From Emiliania huxleyi CCMP1516 (taxonomy: Eukaryota), in assembly GCF_000372725.1 (NCBI RefSeq), contig NW_005201392.1, forward strand, positions 4,521 to 68,520: a stretch of DNA of 64,000 bases, read 5' to 3'. This document shows, one piece after another, positions 27,551-38,640 of the stretch. The translations under genes were made by a program, and so were the position numbers. The notes beneath the pieces are model-generated. The model searched no databases, had not been told where the DNA came from, and saw nothing but the letters and a program-made list of their open reading frames with translations. The first letter of the stretch is position 1, and every line of letters starts with the position of its first letter.

Positions 27551-28098
27551 GGGGGTGATCTGTGATCTGTGATCTGTAAGGGTCCGCCCGCAGGCGCATT
27601 TTGTATACCGAGGCGGTGCCCGGTGCCGAACCTGTCGGACCTTAAGACAGCGTTGTAGATCCCTGGGCGAGGGTGATGGAGGTGGGGAACCGGTCAAAGT
27701 CGACGCCGGTCCCGCCACATCGGTCTCATCGCCGCCGACGCCGTCCGGAGGCGGAGGTCGTCGGGCGGGGCTTCTCGCCCGTCGCGAAGCTGCTATATAC
27801 AACCGACTATATACATCGTGCGCAGACGACGACACTCCTGCTACACTCGTTCTCTAGTCAACACAAAACAGCATGGAGGTACGGACAATCAACATCGCGA
27901 CCAACCAAACCGACCAATCGATGCCGCACTTGCCAGCACCGATTGCCACGACGGTTCGCCAAACGAATCGGTGAGGTGGTGACGCAACATGCATACTGGA
28001 CACATATCTCATGCTGGGGCGCGTCGGACGCAGCCACGTGATCGCGTGGTCGCGAACTTGCGCGTGGCCGCGCTTACCCCCCGGGCGGGGGTGCCCTC

Positions 28099-30972
28099 TT
28101 AGGCAGCCTCGGCGGCCTCGGCGGCACCGGCTGCCCCTGGCTTTCCTGTTGCGTAGCCCCCATCCACCTTCTTGAAGCAGGCGGCGCCCGTCAGGAATAG
28201 AAAGAGGAGCGCGCTCAGGGCGAGGAGGGCAAAGACGCCGAAGACGATGCCGACGATGCAGCCGACGCCGCAGCTGCCGCCGCCGCCTCCGTCTCCGGGA
28301 CTCCCAGGGGGGCTTGGCGGGGGGGCTTGCACGAGACCCTCGACCGTGAGATCGGTGGTGTCGATGCCATCCGCCTGGAACTGAGCAATGAGAGCCGCCT
28401 GAAGGCTTGCCGCATTCTCGAGGATGCCGTTCGCACCCGAGAGCGCGTTCTCCGCCGCGGTGGCGGTGGCATCGTCCTTGAGCAGGATCTCGGCACGGAC
28501 GAGCACAGAGCCAGGCGAGAGCGTGAGGGAGACCGCCGACGTTGGCACACCGGCCCCCTCGGCGATCACCTTCTTGATCGCCGTCTGCTCCGCCGCGCCA
28601 ATGTCTTCGACCGTGCCGCCGAGCAAGAAATGGGTGACCACCGTGGACGGCGCCGCGCAAGCGAAGCCAGTGGCCGTCAGACCGGACGATGGCAGGCGGC
28701 ACGCGCCAGACTTGGCGCCGGCTGCAAGCGTGATTGTGCCTGTCACGCCGTCCGCCACGTGGATGACCCCGCCGTCATTGTTTGCGAAGGCCAGGTTGAT
28801 GATCCCCGCCTCGATGCTGACGACCCCGGTGTTTGTGATGGCGGTGCCCGTGGCAGAGCCAGTCGTCATCGTGACGCCGCCAGCGTTGTTCACTGCGCCC
28901 AGCGTGACGGTGCCGCCGTCTGCAAACGACACGGCGCCGGTGGCCGCGTTCGTCACTTCGTACATCTCAAAGGTGCCGCCCGAGACGGTGACCGCGCCGC
29001 TGTTTGAGATGTTGACGAGGACGGCGGTCGAGCCTGTCGCGAGCACGGAGCCCGAGTTGACCGTATCGGCGATGAAGACGTTCGGTGCGCCCGAGGCGAC
29101 CACATTGCCGGTGTTGATCAGGCCGCTCACCTCCAGCTTGGCCGTGGTGCTCGTCACCTCGAGCTCGCCCGCGTTGGAGCCGCCAATCACCATCACGGAG
29201 CCCATGCTCAGGACGCTCCTCTTCGCCGTCGCCAGGATCGTCGGCTTGTAGATGCGGAGGTCGGCTTTCGAATCGGCGAAGGTGGACCCGTCCCCCTCGT
29301 CGACGTCGAACAGGTCACGTACTTGCGAGTCCTCGGTGGCGGTCTCGTAGCACTGGAACGAGCTGTTCGTGCCCACCGTCGCCTCGAGGTAGATGGCACA
29401 TTTCATGTCGGAGGAGAGGAAGAAACCCCCGCCGGCCAGAACGGGACGTTGTGCGAACTCCATGCTGCTGTACGGATGCTGGATATCGTCGTCGTCGAAA
29501 TCGCCGTCGCGCGCGGCGATGATCTCCGCCCCGGGGGTGTTGGCCGCGAAGTCGGCGTCGAGCTGCGAGCAGTCCGAATTGCCACCCCCGAGGACGTAGT
29601 ACACAGCCGTCATGCACACCTCTTGCGACAAGCTCGCGGGCAGCGGCGCAAGCGCAGTCGTCACAAAGTCGTCATCGTTGTCGTCATCGACCCCGTTGGC
29701 GTAATTGATCCCGCAGTATTCGGCTGCAGCATTCTTGCAGCCATCGCACCCCGCGGGGACCAAGTGTGTCGTGCTTTCGAAGAACCAAGCCTCACAGCCA
29801 CCGGCGGCAGCGAAGTCTGAGACGCAAGTGACGCAGTCCGGGGCAGTCTTGCAGGCGACCGCCAAAGACCTCGGAACCTCTGACTCGAGGGTGAGTTCGT
29901 CAAGGCGGCGGCGGCCGAGAATGGCGCCCAGGTCCTGCAGGTCTTCGAAAAAGTCGCCCACGGGGATGCACGTTGGAACCTCCGCCGTCGGGTCTGTGGT
30001 TCCGCCGTCGGAGCAGTCCGAAGTGGTGTATGAGGTTACGACCACGGTGTCGCCGTCACAGGTATACATCACCCCACTAGCGCCGTCTGCGACGCACTCT
30101 CCGGAGAGTGCGGTCGCCTGCAAGACGTCCATCTCCACAGTCGTGCAACCGGTTGAGCAGTCATCGGAAGTGCAGGTACTGACTTCGACGCCACCCTCGA
30201 CGCTTGTCCACCCTTGAGGGCCGTCAAAACCTGTCGACCCTGGAGGGCCGTCGTCGTCCAAGTCCTCAAGGCGGCGGCCGCCGCGTTCGTGTCGCGAAAG
30301 GCAGACGTTGCTACAGACCTCGTTCTCGTCGCACGCTTTGTAGAGCTGAGCAGAGCTGGAAGCCGGCAGGCACGCACGAGCTTTGAACGCGCAAACCGCA
30401 GTCTCCACGTAGTCCTTTGCCGTGCAAACGAACGGGTACCTGACGTCGGTCGTGTTGCTGCAAACGGAGCAGCAGCCTGGGTCGTCCTTGTTCTCGAACT
30501 CCCCGAAACGCCTGCAGGAGTCGTCCTCGTCGTCGAACTCCTCGCCGGTGATGGGCAAGTACTCGTACGCTATGAGTTCGTCGTCGCCGGTGATGGGACT
30601 GTACTCGTAGATACTCGTGCAGCACGCTATGAGTTTCCGCTCGTTGCCATCGTCGGTGCAGTTGAAGGTGTCGTCGGTGCAGCCGTACTCGGCGCGTGCG
30701 GCGACAAAGGCGTCCCAGTTCGATGCGCACGTCTGCCTTTCCCAGTCCTCATCGATGCCCAAGTCTTCTGAGAGCGATGCCGTCGAGATGTTGCTGAGGA
30801 ACGTGTTCCAGTTCTTAAGGGTGGCCTGATCAGGCGTCCTGAGCTGTGAGTGGCGCGCGCGCAAGGGTAGGGGAGGGCGAGTGCAGGCTCGGTTGGGGAC
30901 CTGCTTCGCGGTGAACTCGGTGGGGACGGTGGATGCCGCGACAGATGCCACGAGGCAAACGACGAGCTTCAT
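28099..30972 (-). CDS. Type I membrane/surface protein: signal peptide, acidic Cys-rich modules, Gly/Asn beta-helix-like region, C-terminal TM; in-frame intron 30826-30900
   Basis: MKLVVCLVASVAAS; many Cys; N-x-G-x-V repeats; GCIVGIVFGVFALLALSALLFLFL. Confidence 0.8.
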   Translation of the reverse strand: MKLVVCLVASVAASTVPTEFTAKQVPNRACTRPPLPLRARHSQLRTPDQATLKNWNTFLSNISTASLSEDLGIDEDWERQTCASNWDAFVAARAEYGCTDDTFNCTDDGNERKLIACCTSIYEYSPITGDDELIAYEYLPITGEEFDDEDDSCRRFGEFENKDDPGCCSVCSNTTDVRYPFVCTAKDYVETAVCAFKARACLPASSSAQLYKACDENEVCSNVCLSRHERGGRRLEDLDDDGPPGSTGFDGPQGWTSVEGGVEVSTCTSDDCSTGCTTVEMDVLQATALSGECVADGASGVMYTCDGDTVVVTSYTTSDCSDGGTTDPTAEVPTCIPVGDFFEDLQDLGAILGRRRLDELTLESEVPRSLAVACKTAPDCVTCVSDFAAAGGCEAWFFESTTHLVPAGCDGCKNAAAEYCGINYANGVDDDNDDDFVTTALAPLPASLSQEVCMTAVYYVLGGGNSDCSQLDADFAANTPGAEIIAARDGDFDDDDIQHPYSSMEFAQRPVLAGGGFFLSSDMKCAIYLEATVGTNSSFQCYETATEDSQVRDLFDVDEGDGSTFADSKADLRIYKPTILATAKRSVLSMGSVMVIGGSNAGELEVTSTTAKLEVSGLINTGNVVASGAPNVFIADTVNSGSVLATGSTAVLVNISNSGAVTVSGGTFEMYEVTNAATGAVSFADGGTVTLGAVNNAGGVTMTTGSATGTAITNTGVVSIEAGIINLAFANNDGGVIHVADGVTGTITLAAGAKSGACRLPSSGLTATGFACAAPSTVVTHFLLGGTVEDIGAAEQTAIKKVIAEGAGVPTSAVSLTLSPGSVLVRAEILLKDDATATAAENALSGANGILENAASLQAALIAQFQADGIDTTDLTVEGLVQAPPPSPPGSPGDGGGGGSCGVGCIVGIVFGVFALLALSALLFLFLTGAACFKKVDGGYATGKPGAAGAAEAAEAA

Positions 30973-32619
30973 CTCGGACTTGATTGGAGAGAAGACCGAG
31001 GATTGGAGAGAAGACCTGGTGCGACGAGTGACGTCTTGCGTTCAGTCTCAGTGGCGGTGGTCGGTGGTGCGTGGACGTGGTGGCGAGATCATCAGTGGGG
31101 ATTCGGCTGGCCGACGGTGGGCGCGGAGAGCGGTAGAGGTTGGGCACACCGTGGCTCAGAGAGGCTTGCAAAGTGCTCAAGCAGCAACGACTTGGCGCGA
31201 GGAGCCGATAGCCTTCTTTGATGGAGTTACGCTCGGCGGCGCATATGAGTCGCTTCGACCATATCCTCCCTGTCCGAGACGTTGTTCTCGTCGTCGTTTT
31301 TGTTGGTTGTATGCGTCCTTGTAACCGGTGCCCGAAGCCGGAGCAACACGAGCCGGTCGGTGCGATTAGATTGTTGTTGACAGATTAGTGAGTGAGTGTG
31401 CTACTGCTTGCTGGCATGCTGGGACAGAGCTCACGAGCTCACGAGTTGGAGGAGGATCTTTGCGCTCATATTCTCCTGCGATTGTTACGGCCACAAGGAG
31501 CCGGCCGGCATTATCCGCTCTCACCCTCCCACCCATAGCGGCTGGTGTCCATGTATGTGTGTAGTCGCTGTCCATCCATGCATGTATGTGCGAGCTGTCA
31601 GTGAGTAAGTACGTACGGCAGAGTGCGTGCGTGTGAGTAGGGGAAGTGGTGACGCTTGAGGAACGGATGGACGGGGCTGGCTGGCCCCGCCGCTCCTTGA
31701 TTCGGACATTCCACATTCCACACACGCGACCGAAACGCGCCTTTGCCCGACGAGTTCTCCTTGCCCCCCCCCCCTCTTCGCTCTTGGTCTTGCCCACTGT
31801 GGCCGCCATTGATTGGATGCATTCGCCATTCCGCTTCGCCTTCGACACGTATAGGCGAGCGAGGGCGACCGGCGAGAACACGCTTCCGACAACAAAAAGA
31901 ACCGCCGACGCGAAATAGACACGGACCACAGGCGCAGGGCGTGGGACTGGGCTCACTCTTGTACTGCTCACACGCCTTGGGGGGGCTTCCTTGTTCTGCT
32001 GCTGCTGTGCCTCCTCTCGGACATGCCACATGCGACGAGCCCCTCGCATGTGCGGCGGCGACACCCCCCCCCCCTCACCCAAGCTGGNNNNNNNNNNNNN
32101 NNNNNNNNNNNNNNNNNNNNNNNNNNNNNNNNNNNNNNNNNNNNNNNNNNNNNNNNNNNNNNNNNNNNNNNNNNNNNNNNNNNNNNNCCTTAAGAAACGA
32201 ATGGACGGGGCTGGCTGCCCCCCCCCCCCCTTGATTGGGAAATTCCCCTTTCCACCCAGGGGACGAAAACGCGCTTTTGCCCGAGGATTTTTCTTTGCCC
32301 CCCCCCCTTTTTGGTTTTGGGTTTTGCCCACGGGGGCCCCCATGGATGGGAGGCATTCGCCATTCCGTTTCGCTTTGGACAGGTATAGGGGAGGGAGGGC
32401 GCCCGGGGAGAACACGCTTCCGACAAAAAAAAGAACCGCCGCCGGGAAATAGACCCGGCCCACAGGCCCAGGGGGGGGGACGGGGCTCACTTTTGTACGG
32501 CTCACACCCCTGGGGGGGGCTTCCTTGTTCGGCGGGGGCGGGGCCTCCTTTGGGACATGCCACATGGGAGGAGCCCCTGGAATGGGGGGGGGGGAAACCC
32601 CCCCCCCCCCCCCCCTCCC

Positions 32620-34088
32620 CCCACCCCGCCCGCTCGGCCCGCCCCTTCCAGCCCCCCACCCACGTCACGGCGTCAGATCCCCCGTGGAGTTCTCGAGGCA
32701 GGTATTCAGCCACAGTCAGCATCACCGAAGAACGCCTCCGCGTAGCTCTCCTCCAGTTGCCAGCAGAAGTCTTGGATCGTGCGGTTGGAAATCATCCACC
32801 CGAGATCGTAGGGGTAGTTTTTCCACTTCCTCTCGGTCGCGTAGACCGCATCGAGCTTCGCAACGAGCTTGGAGCTACCCTCGCCTTCGGGGTTGAGGTA
32901 GCCAGGGTTGTGGTCGATGACCGCGCCGATGAGGTCGGTGCACGCAGCGGAGTACTTGCGCGGGAAGGTCATGTGCACGTGCCACATCAGATCCAGAATG
33001 CGCGTCGGCTGGCAGCGCACGACAAAGGGACTCTTGCCCAGCAGGCCGAGCTACGAACGACGGGGGGGGCGCTGAGGGCAGGGACGACGGTTTAGCGCCA
33101 TAGGCAATTTATATGGCGCTGGGCGCGCGCGGCACCTCGTTGGCCTCCTTGGGGTTGAGCGGCTTGGCGAGCTCCTCAATGAAGCTGTGAGGCGACGCCG
33201 CCGCGCACTCGGCCGTGTATCGCTCCTTGTCCCGCTTCGCGAGCTCGGCAAACGACGCCCTGTCCGCATCAGAGAGTGCATTCCAATCCTCGACGAAACG
33301 CTTCACGGTTTCGTCCCCGACGGCGTACGTGCGGCTCGCAACCATGAACTGTATGGCACTCGTTGGCTTCTTGGGCGTCACCGCCTCGGACTCCATCTCC
33401 GTGAGCGACTCTCCCGTCGAACCGAAGGCGAGGGCGTCGACTCGGTCGCGCACGAGCGTCTCAACGGCCTTGACGACGAGAAACTTCTTGTACTCTGCGT
33501 CCACTGCGCGCAGGAAGCGCTTCTTCCCTGCGAAGGCACGGGGTGATCGTAAGGGTGCGCTTGCACAGGCTTGCTGCTAGCCGTCCATACGTACCGCCAA
33601 AGATGTCATCGTACAGGGTCTGAAGGAAGGGCAGCTGCTCGATGGTGACGTCATCGTCCTCCTCGTCGTATCCCGAAGGAACGCTGACGGTCTGGCCGCC
33701 GAGCTTCGACTCCAGCTCCCGCACAAACTCGTCGTGCATGCCGGTCAGGTCGAGCGCATGTGACTTGCTCTTCATGACGCGCAGCTCTCGGGGCTGAAGG
33801 CAGATCGCCGCACCGCCGTGCAGGAGAGTGCAGACCGCATCGTCCCAAGTGGAGCAGACACGGCTCAGAGTGAGAACCAGCGTCTGCAGCTGCGAGTGCG
33901 GACTCGCGTACTGCTTTGTGATCGGGCACTTGCCGCGATCGCCGTAGCCGCCGGAGCGCTTGGCGGAATCGAGGAGCTGCGTCAGAACGTGCTGGATCAC
34001 GTCGGCGGACTCGCCGCTCGAGAGCAGAGAGCCGAGGAGTGCAGTCCCGCGTCGAGCGTCATTTTCCGAGGCGCGGGTTGAAGGCATG
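32620..34088 (-). CDS. GRDP/DUF1399-like protein with embedded HMG box and F-box-like N-terminal segment, multi-exon
   Basis: AVDAEYKKFL ... ILDLMWHVHMTFPRKYSAAC...VIDH (GRDP-like) flank PKKPTSA...WNALSDADRASFAELAKRDKERY (HMG); 3' end runs into low-quality sequence. Confidence 0.6.
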
Positions 34089-34185
34089 CCTGCACGAGGT
34101 GCGCGGAGAGCCAGGCGAGGGCGCTGCAGCTGGCAGGAGGATGGTGGACGCCAAGCAGGCGAGCGGAACAAAAGAATTTGCAGCC

Positions 34186-34480
34186 CAGAGCCCTGAGCGG
34201 TGACGTCGTGTGAGAGTGCGTGTCGTGTTCATGTCTGGTGTTCATTATAGCTCTCCGAGTAGAGGGGGCGGTCTGCTGCTAGGGGAAACCCAGAGCGCGG
34301 AGCCAACCCTCGGAGACCCGTGTTTACTTTACGGCCCTTTCCCTGCGAACGCGCACCCCCGGGGCTAGGGCTCTCTAGCCCGTAACCCGACACCGATCAT
34401 CCGGCCCGCTGGGTGCGCTTCTCAGCTCCCCGGCCCTGGATGTGAGGTTAATGACTGCACTCCAAGTGCTCCAAGTGCTC
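34186..34480 (-). repeat. Dispersed intergenic repeat family, inverted copy (others at 42690-43005, 43871-43942, 59664-59880, 59937-60100)
   Basis: Shared CACTTGGAGTGCAGTC..TAACCTCACATCCAGGGCCGGGAGCTGAGAAGCGCACCCAGCGGGCCGGATGATCGG...TAGAGAGCCCTAGCCCC. Confidence 0.85.
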
Positions 34481-35318
34481 TCAACTAAAGCGCGGCGTGC
34501 CGTCCTCCCACCCCACCCTTACGCCTTGGGCTGCCTGCTTTCTTTCTACTGCTCCGAAATGCCCCCCGTACCCCAACCGCATGCACACCACGGCTGGCCT
34601 CTCACCGTCGGCCGCGCGACGACGATCGGGTCGCGCGCCTCGCGGCGGGCGGCGGCCCCACCTCCTGCTCCTCGACGGCCGGAGCCGGCGGAGCCGCAAG
34701 TTCCGCCGGAGGCTCGTCGTCGCTCCCGCCCTCCTCGCCCCCCCCCTCCTCCTCGCTCTCCTCCCCCTCCTCCTCCTCCTCCTCTTCCACGCTGTCCGAC
34801 TCGGACGCCTCGCCCCCCCCAAAGTCCTCGTCCTCCGACTCGTCCTCGCCCTCCCACCCTCGCTCGCACCAGCCTCGACGCGCCGTTCGAGCTCGGCTCT
34901 CGACGCCTCGCGGCTCGCGCGTGCCGCCTTGCGGCGGCTCCGCCGCCCCCGCCCCGAGCCACCGCCGCCGCCACGAGCCACGCGGGGTTTTGTCTGGCCG
35001 AGTCAACCCGAGATGCTGGGGCGAGGCGCGGCGCTGCGCGCGACATTTCACCTTTAGGTACCGCTTACGCCGCCACACACCAGTCACCAGCACAACAAAC
35101 GATCACACCAGAATTTCTGAATGGCAGAATGCAACAAAAATCACTCTCTCCCACCAGAATGCAGAATATGCAAAATCCCGTCGAGGGCGACGAGGGGCAG
35201 AATCACTCCGCAGGACGGTCGTTAATCCGTCCACCGTCGCGCGGGTTTCGTGTTGTTGTGATCCGTTGTAGTTTAACACATGGCATATAGTTTACAAAAG
35301 GCGACGATTCCTGCCCCG

Positions 35319-35980
35319 TCACTGGCCAATGTGCTGGAGCGCCCATTGCAACGATGCGTGCAGCGCCTCCACCTTGGCCTTGAGCGCTCCAAAAGACACG
35401 CTCGAGTCTGCGCCGGACAGGGGCGGGGCGTGAGCAAGCCGCCCTTCCGCCCGCGCCCGCGCCGCGCACGCAGCCGCACAACAGAGCCGCACACGAGGCA
35501 GGCGAGAGCACAACAAATTGCGGCGCGTGGCAGGGTGGGTCTGCGCGCCGGCACAGCACGCGACGAGGAAGGAGGAGACGCTCTTGATGGCGAGACGTCC
35601 CTCCGAGCACTCGATGAGCAGGCAGCCCAGCGTCCCTGCGGCGTTAGGGGCGGGTGATCAGGCGCCTCTTCGGCGCAAGTCGTGGGCGGGCCGCTGCTAA
35701 GAGCGAGGCACGCCTGCGTCCTCGCCCTTTTCATGCGACTGCCAGACCTTGGACGAGATGGCGGCGATGGTGGCGCCGTCCGCGCCGTCCCCTGCTGAGC
35801 CGAGTTGCAGCCCGCTACGGCGCAGAGAGAGCGCGGGTGTTGCCTGTGTGTGAGCGGGGTGCGTGCGAGCGGCCGGTGGTGGGTGCGGCACCTGCGATTA
35901 AGGAGGGTCGCCACGCGGACGCCCGGAGTTACAACCTCCCCCAGCACCTCTGGCAGCGCGCGCGGGTCGAGCAGGGCCAT
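35319..35980 (-). CDS. LAMTOR2: Ragulator subunit LAMTOR2 (Roadblock/LC7 family), about four exons
   Basis: MALLDPRALPEVLGEVVTPGVRVATLLN|..ATIAAISSKVWQSHEK|..LLIECSEGRLAIKSVSSFLVACC|..VSFGALKAKVEAL follows the LAMTOR2 pattern (L.PKAL..VL, AAIAS.IW, C.EGR.AI, FG.LKAK..AL). Confidence 0.8.
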
Positions 35981-36444
35981 CTCTGGACGAGCGAGAGCAC
36001 AGCGTTGGCGCACGGGTTGTCGCACACGAAAAGAATTCCCGGCAGCGGAACCGCGGAGCTTGGGTCGCGGTCTTAAGAGTCCGGGGCGAAACGTACCAGG
36101 CACCACACCGCACCGCACTGGACATCGGTCATCGCACGCATGGCGCAAGCACCATCACTCACTCACATCGGCGTGGCACAGGCTTCGTCGTTTGCACAGG
36201 GTGGAGGGGGGTGGAGGGGGGTGGGTGCGGGGGGGGGGGGGGGCTGGTGCAGCAGCAGCTCAGCGGCAGGCCACTCTCTCACAAAACACAGGTGCGGCAT
36301 CTCTCACGCGCCAGCGGAGGCGGAAGAGGAGGGCGGGCGCCCCCCATCGCAGCCTCCCCAGTGCCTTGCCACGCAAGCGCTCGCACGAGGACCCCGCAAG
36401 GATCCAAAATCTGAAGAGGGATGAAACGGTGGCCACGGCCGCCG

Positions 36445-36909
36445 TCAGCCGTCAGCGCGGCCGATGTCAAGCGGTTTGGTGGTGAAAGATTCGCCGCAGC
36501 CGCATGAGCCCTCAGCGTTGGGGTTGTGGAAGATGAACTCGGCCGACAGGTCGTCCTCCACGTAGTCCATCGTCGTCCCCACAATGTGCATCAGCGCCGC
36601 CGAGTCGATCCACACCGTCACGCCGTGCTCGACCACCTCCTCGTCGAGCTTCTTCTTCTCGGTGGCGTAGTTCATAGTGTACGACATCCCGCTGCACCCG
36701 CGCGTCTTGACCCCCACCCGCAGCGCGGCCGGCCCGTCGTCACCGCCGCCCGACTCTCTCCGCCTGTCGAGCAGTTCCTTGATCCGCTCCGCGGCGGTCT
36801 CGGTGAGCTGGATGGGCGCGCGGAGCGCAAGCCGCGATCGTCTGCGCGGCGCGACGACGACCTTGCCCGCGGCTGACGCCATGCCTCTACTCAAGGGGGC
36901 GCGGAGCAT
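36445..36909 (-). CDS. ISCA1: Iron-sulfur cluster assembly protein IscA1 (HesB family), probably mitochondrial
   Basis: LTETAAERIK, VGVKTRGCSGMSY, FIFHNPNAEGSCGCGESF; Arg-rich presequence. Confidence 0.93.
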   Translation of the reverse strand: MLRAPLSRGMASAAGKVVVAPRRRSRLALRAPIQLTETAAERIKELLDRRRESGGGDDGPAALRVGVKTRGCSGMSYTMNYATEKKKLDEEVVEHGVTVWIDSAALMHIVGTTMDYVEDDLSAEFIFHNPNAEGSCGCGESFTTKPLDIGRADG

Positions 36910-36957
36910 TGTGCGCAGCCCGGCCGATTCGGTGTGGGCCTCGACTTGCGCCTGCTG

Positions 36958-37013
<56 letters not shown>

Positions 37014-37429
37014 TCTCTCCCTGTCTCTCTCTCTTTCCCTCGAGCCTCGAGGCAGGGGGACGGGCGTGCACCCCCCTCCCCCCCTTTTCCCACGCACTCC
37101 AACAAGTAATAAAAATCTCTCTCTCTCTCTCCCAACAAGCAAAGTTAGAGTTGTTTGGTATTGCTAAAAATCTCTCTCTCTCTCTCCCAACAAGAGAATT
37201 TCTTGTTGGTTTTCTAAAATCTCTCTCGCACTCCGACAACTCTATTGGGCTCAACCAGGTTTTCCGGAAAACAAAAAGGAAAACAGAGGGTCCGCCCCAG
37301 CACTTTGCGTTTCCGGAAATTTCCAGGGAACAGAGCGTTTTGCGAGACGGTGATTGGTATTGCTAAAAATCTCTCTCTCGGTGTGTGTATGTACATCATT
37401 CAGTTTATGCCACCGTTGCATATCCGGAT

Positions 37430-37510
37430 TGCGACGGTGTATTCACTTTATGCCACTGTTGCATATCCGGATATGCAACAGTGGCATAAAGTGAATGATA
37501 CACCGTCGCA
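37430..37510. repeat. Hairpin with a perfect 56-bp palindromic core (37441-37496) and extended arms
   Basis: ATTCACTTTATGCCACTGTTGCATATCC|GGATATGCAACAGTGGCATAAAGTGAAT, flanked by TGCGACGGTGT / ACACCGTCGCA. Confidence 0.9.
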
Positions 37511-37648
37511 CACCACAGTACGTACGTGGAGCGTAACGAACGGAGCTCGGAGGGAGCCGCCGGGCAACTCAATATAGCCTACGAGAGGCGAGCTCACAGC
37601 AGAGTGCTGTTTTCTCGCCCACGTCTCGCGTGGCGTGTCTGAGCCGCA

Positions 37649-38362
37649 TCAGTAGGGCGGCGGGTTGAGCTGGTTGGTGCGGAGCGGCTTGTTGCAGCAG
37701 CCCGTGAAGCCCTTCTCCTTGGCGTAGGCCAGCGCTTCGGCCTCGGCCTCGCTGCCGACGAAGGAGGGGACGTCACGGCAGAGGATGTACAGCTGCGAGC
37801 CGGTGTCGTTGGAGACGACGGCCCACGAGTAGAGGCCTTCCTTCACCGGCCCCAGCTTCAGGATCCAGTAGTTGCCGGGAGGCTCAAACGAGGGCGTGCT
37901 GCAGCACTGGAAGAAGCCGACGCTGAAAACCCCGTCCTTGGTCGGCGTCCCCACCGCAGAGCCGCTGATTTTGATGCCAGAGAAGAGGCAGCCGAGGCCG
38001 ATCTTGCCGAAGAGGGCGCCGAGGCGTGGGAAGCAGCGGACGGTGTTGACGACGGAGATCTTGTTGGGGACGTCGGTCTCGCTGTACTCGGCCGTGACTG
38101 CGTTCCCGCCGAGCTCGAAGGTGTACTTGACGGTCGCGGAGGCATGCGTCTGGTACCACTTCCCGAGGTACTTCTCCGCCTCGAAGGCTTCAGTGCCGTC
38201 GAGGACCGTGAGCGTGGGGGTTGAGAAGCAGCACGGCGAAGCGCAGCCGCAGCAACCCGGCGCCGGAGGGTCCTCGGAGGCTTTCTCGGCGACGGGCGCG
38301 TTCTTTTCACGCATGTCGGCGATGAACTTTGTGGTGGGCTTCGGCACGGTGGGCTTGCTCAT
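37649..38362 (-). CDS. Lipocalin (Blc/ApoD-like), intronless
   Basis: FEAEKYLGKWYQ (SCR1), NYWILKLG...YSWAVVS (SCR2), LYILCR (SCR3). Confidence 0.88.
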   Translation of the reverse strand: MSKPTVPKPTTKFIADMREKNAPVAEKASEDPPAPGCCGCASPCCFSTPTLTVLDGTEAFEAEKYLGKWYQTHASATVKYTFELGGNAVTAEYSETDVPNKISVVNTVRCFPRLGALFGKIGLGCLFSGIKISGSAVGTPTKDGVFSVGFFQCCSTPSFEPPGNYWILKLGPVKEGLYSWAVVSNDTGSQLYILCRDVPSFVGSEAEAEALAYAKEKGFTGCCNKPLRTNQLNPPPY

Positions 38363-38489
38363 CAGAGAGTGGAGCGACGAGGGGTACTGTCGCCGAGCCC
38401 AGCACCTTGCCCAGAAGCAGAACGCGGCGCTCCCTCGGAAGAATTTCCCGATTTTCTCCGGCTACGACACGGCTGCGCGAGGTGGCATG

Positions 38490-38640
38490 AAGGCTGCAGC
38501 GAGAAGCGGCGAGAGACTGCGAAGAGAGATAGGAAGAGGCAGACTCCCTAGGGTGGGCGACGGCTAGCGCATCACACACCTCTCCTTAAAATCCCTGTGT
38601 GGTGGCGGCGTGCCGTCCTCCCATCCCTCCCTTGGGTTGT
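38490..38640. repeat. ~150-bp repeat upstream of the lipocalin gene (second copy 42540-42690)
   Basis: GCAGCGAGAA.CGGCGAGAGACTGCGAAGAGAGATAGGA...CTCTCCTTAAAATCCCTG...CCCATCCCTCCCTTGGG at both loci. Confidence 0.85.

Noticed and set aside
31653..32620. Apparent ~430-bp tandem duplication around the gap at 32088-32187
   Set aside because: The second copy shows homopolymer-inflated errors typical of a low-quality read end; likely an assembly overlap artefact.
34600..34900. Acidic E/D-rich minus-strand ORF
   Set aside because: Low complexity, no credible start or domain, next to repeats; at most a TE relic.
36960..37380. N-terminal extension of the ISCA1 ORF through (GA)n and AAAATCTCTCTC repeats
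   Set aside because: Microsatellite read-through; the plausible start is the ATG at 36909.
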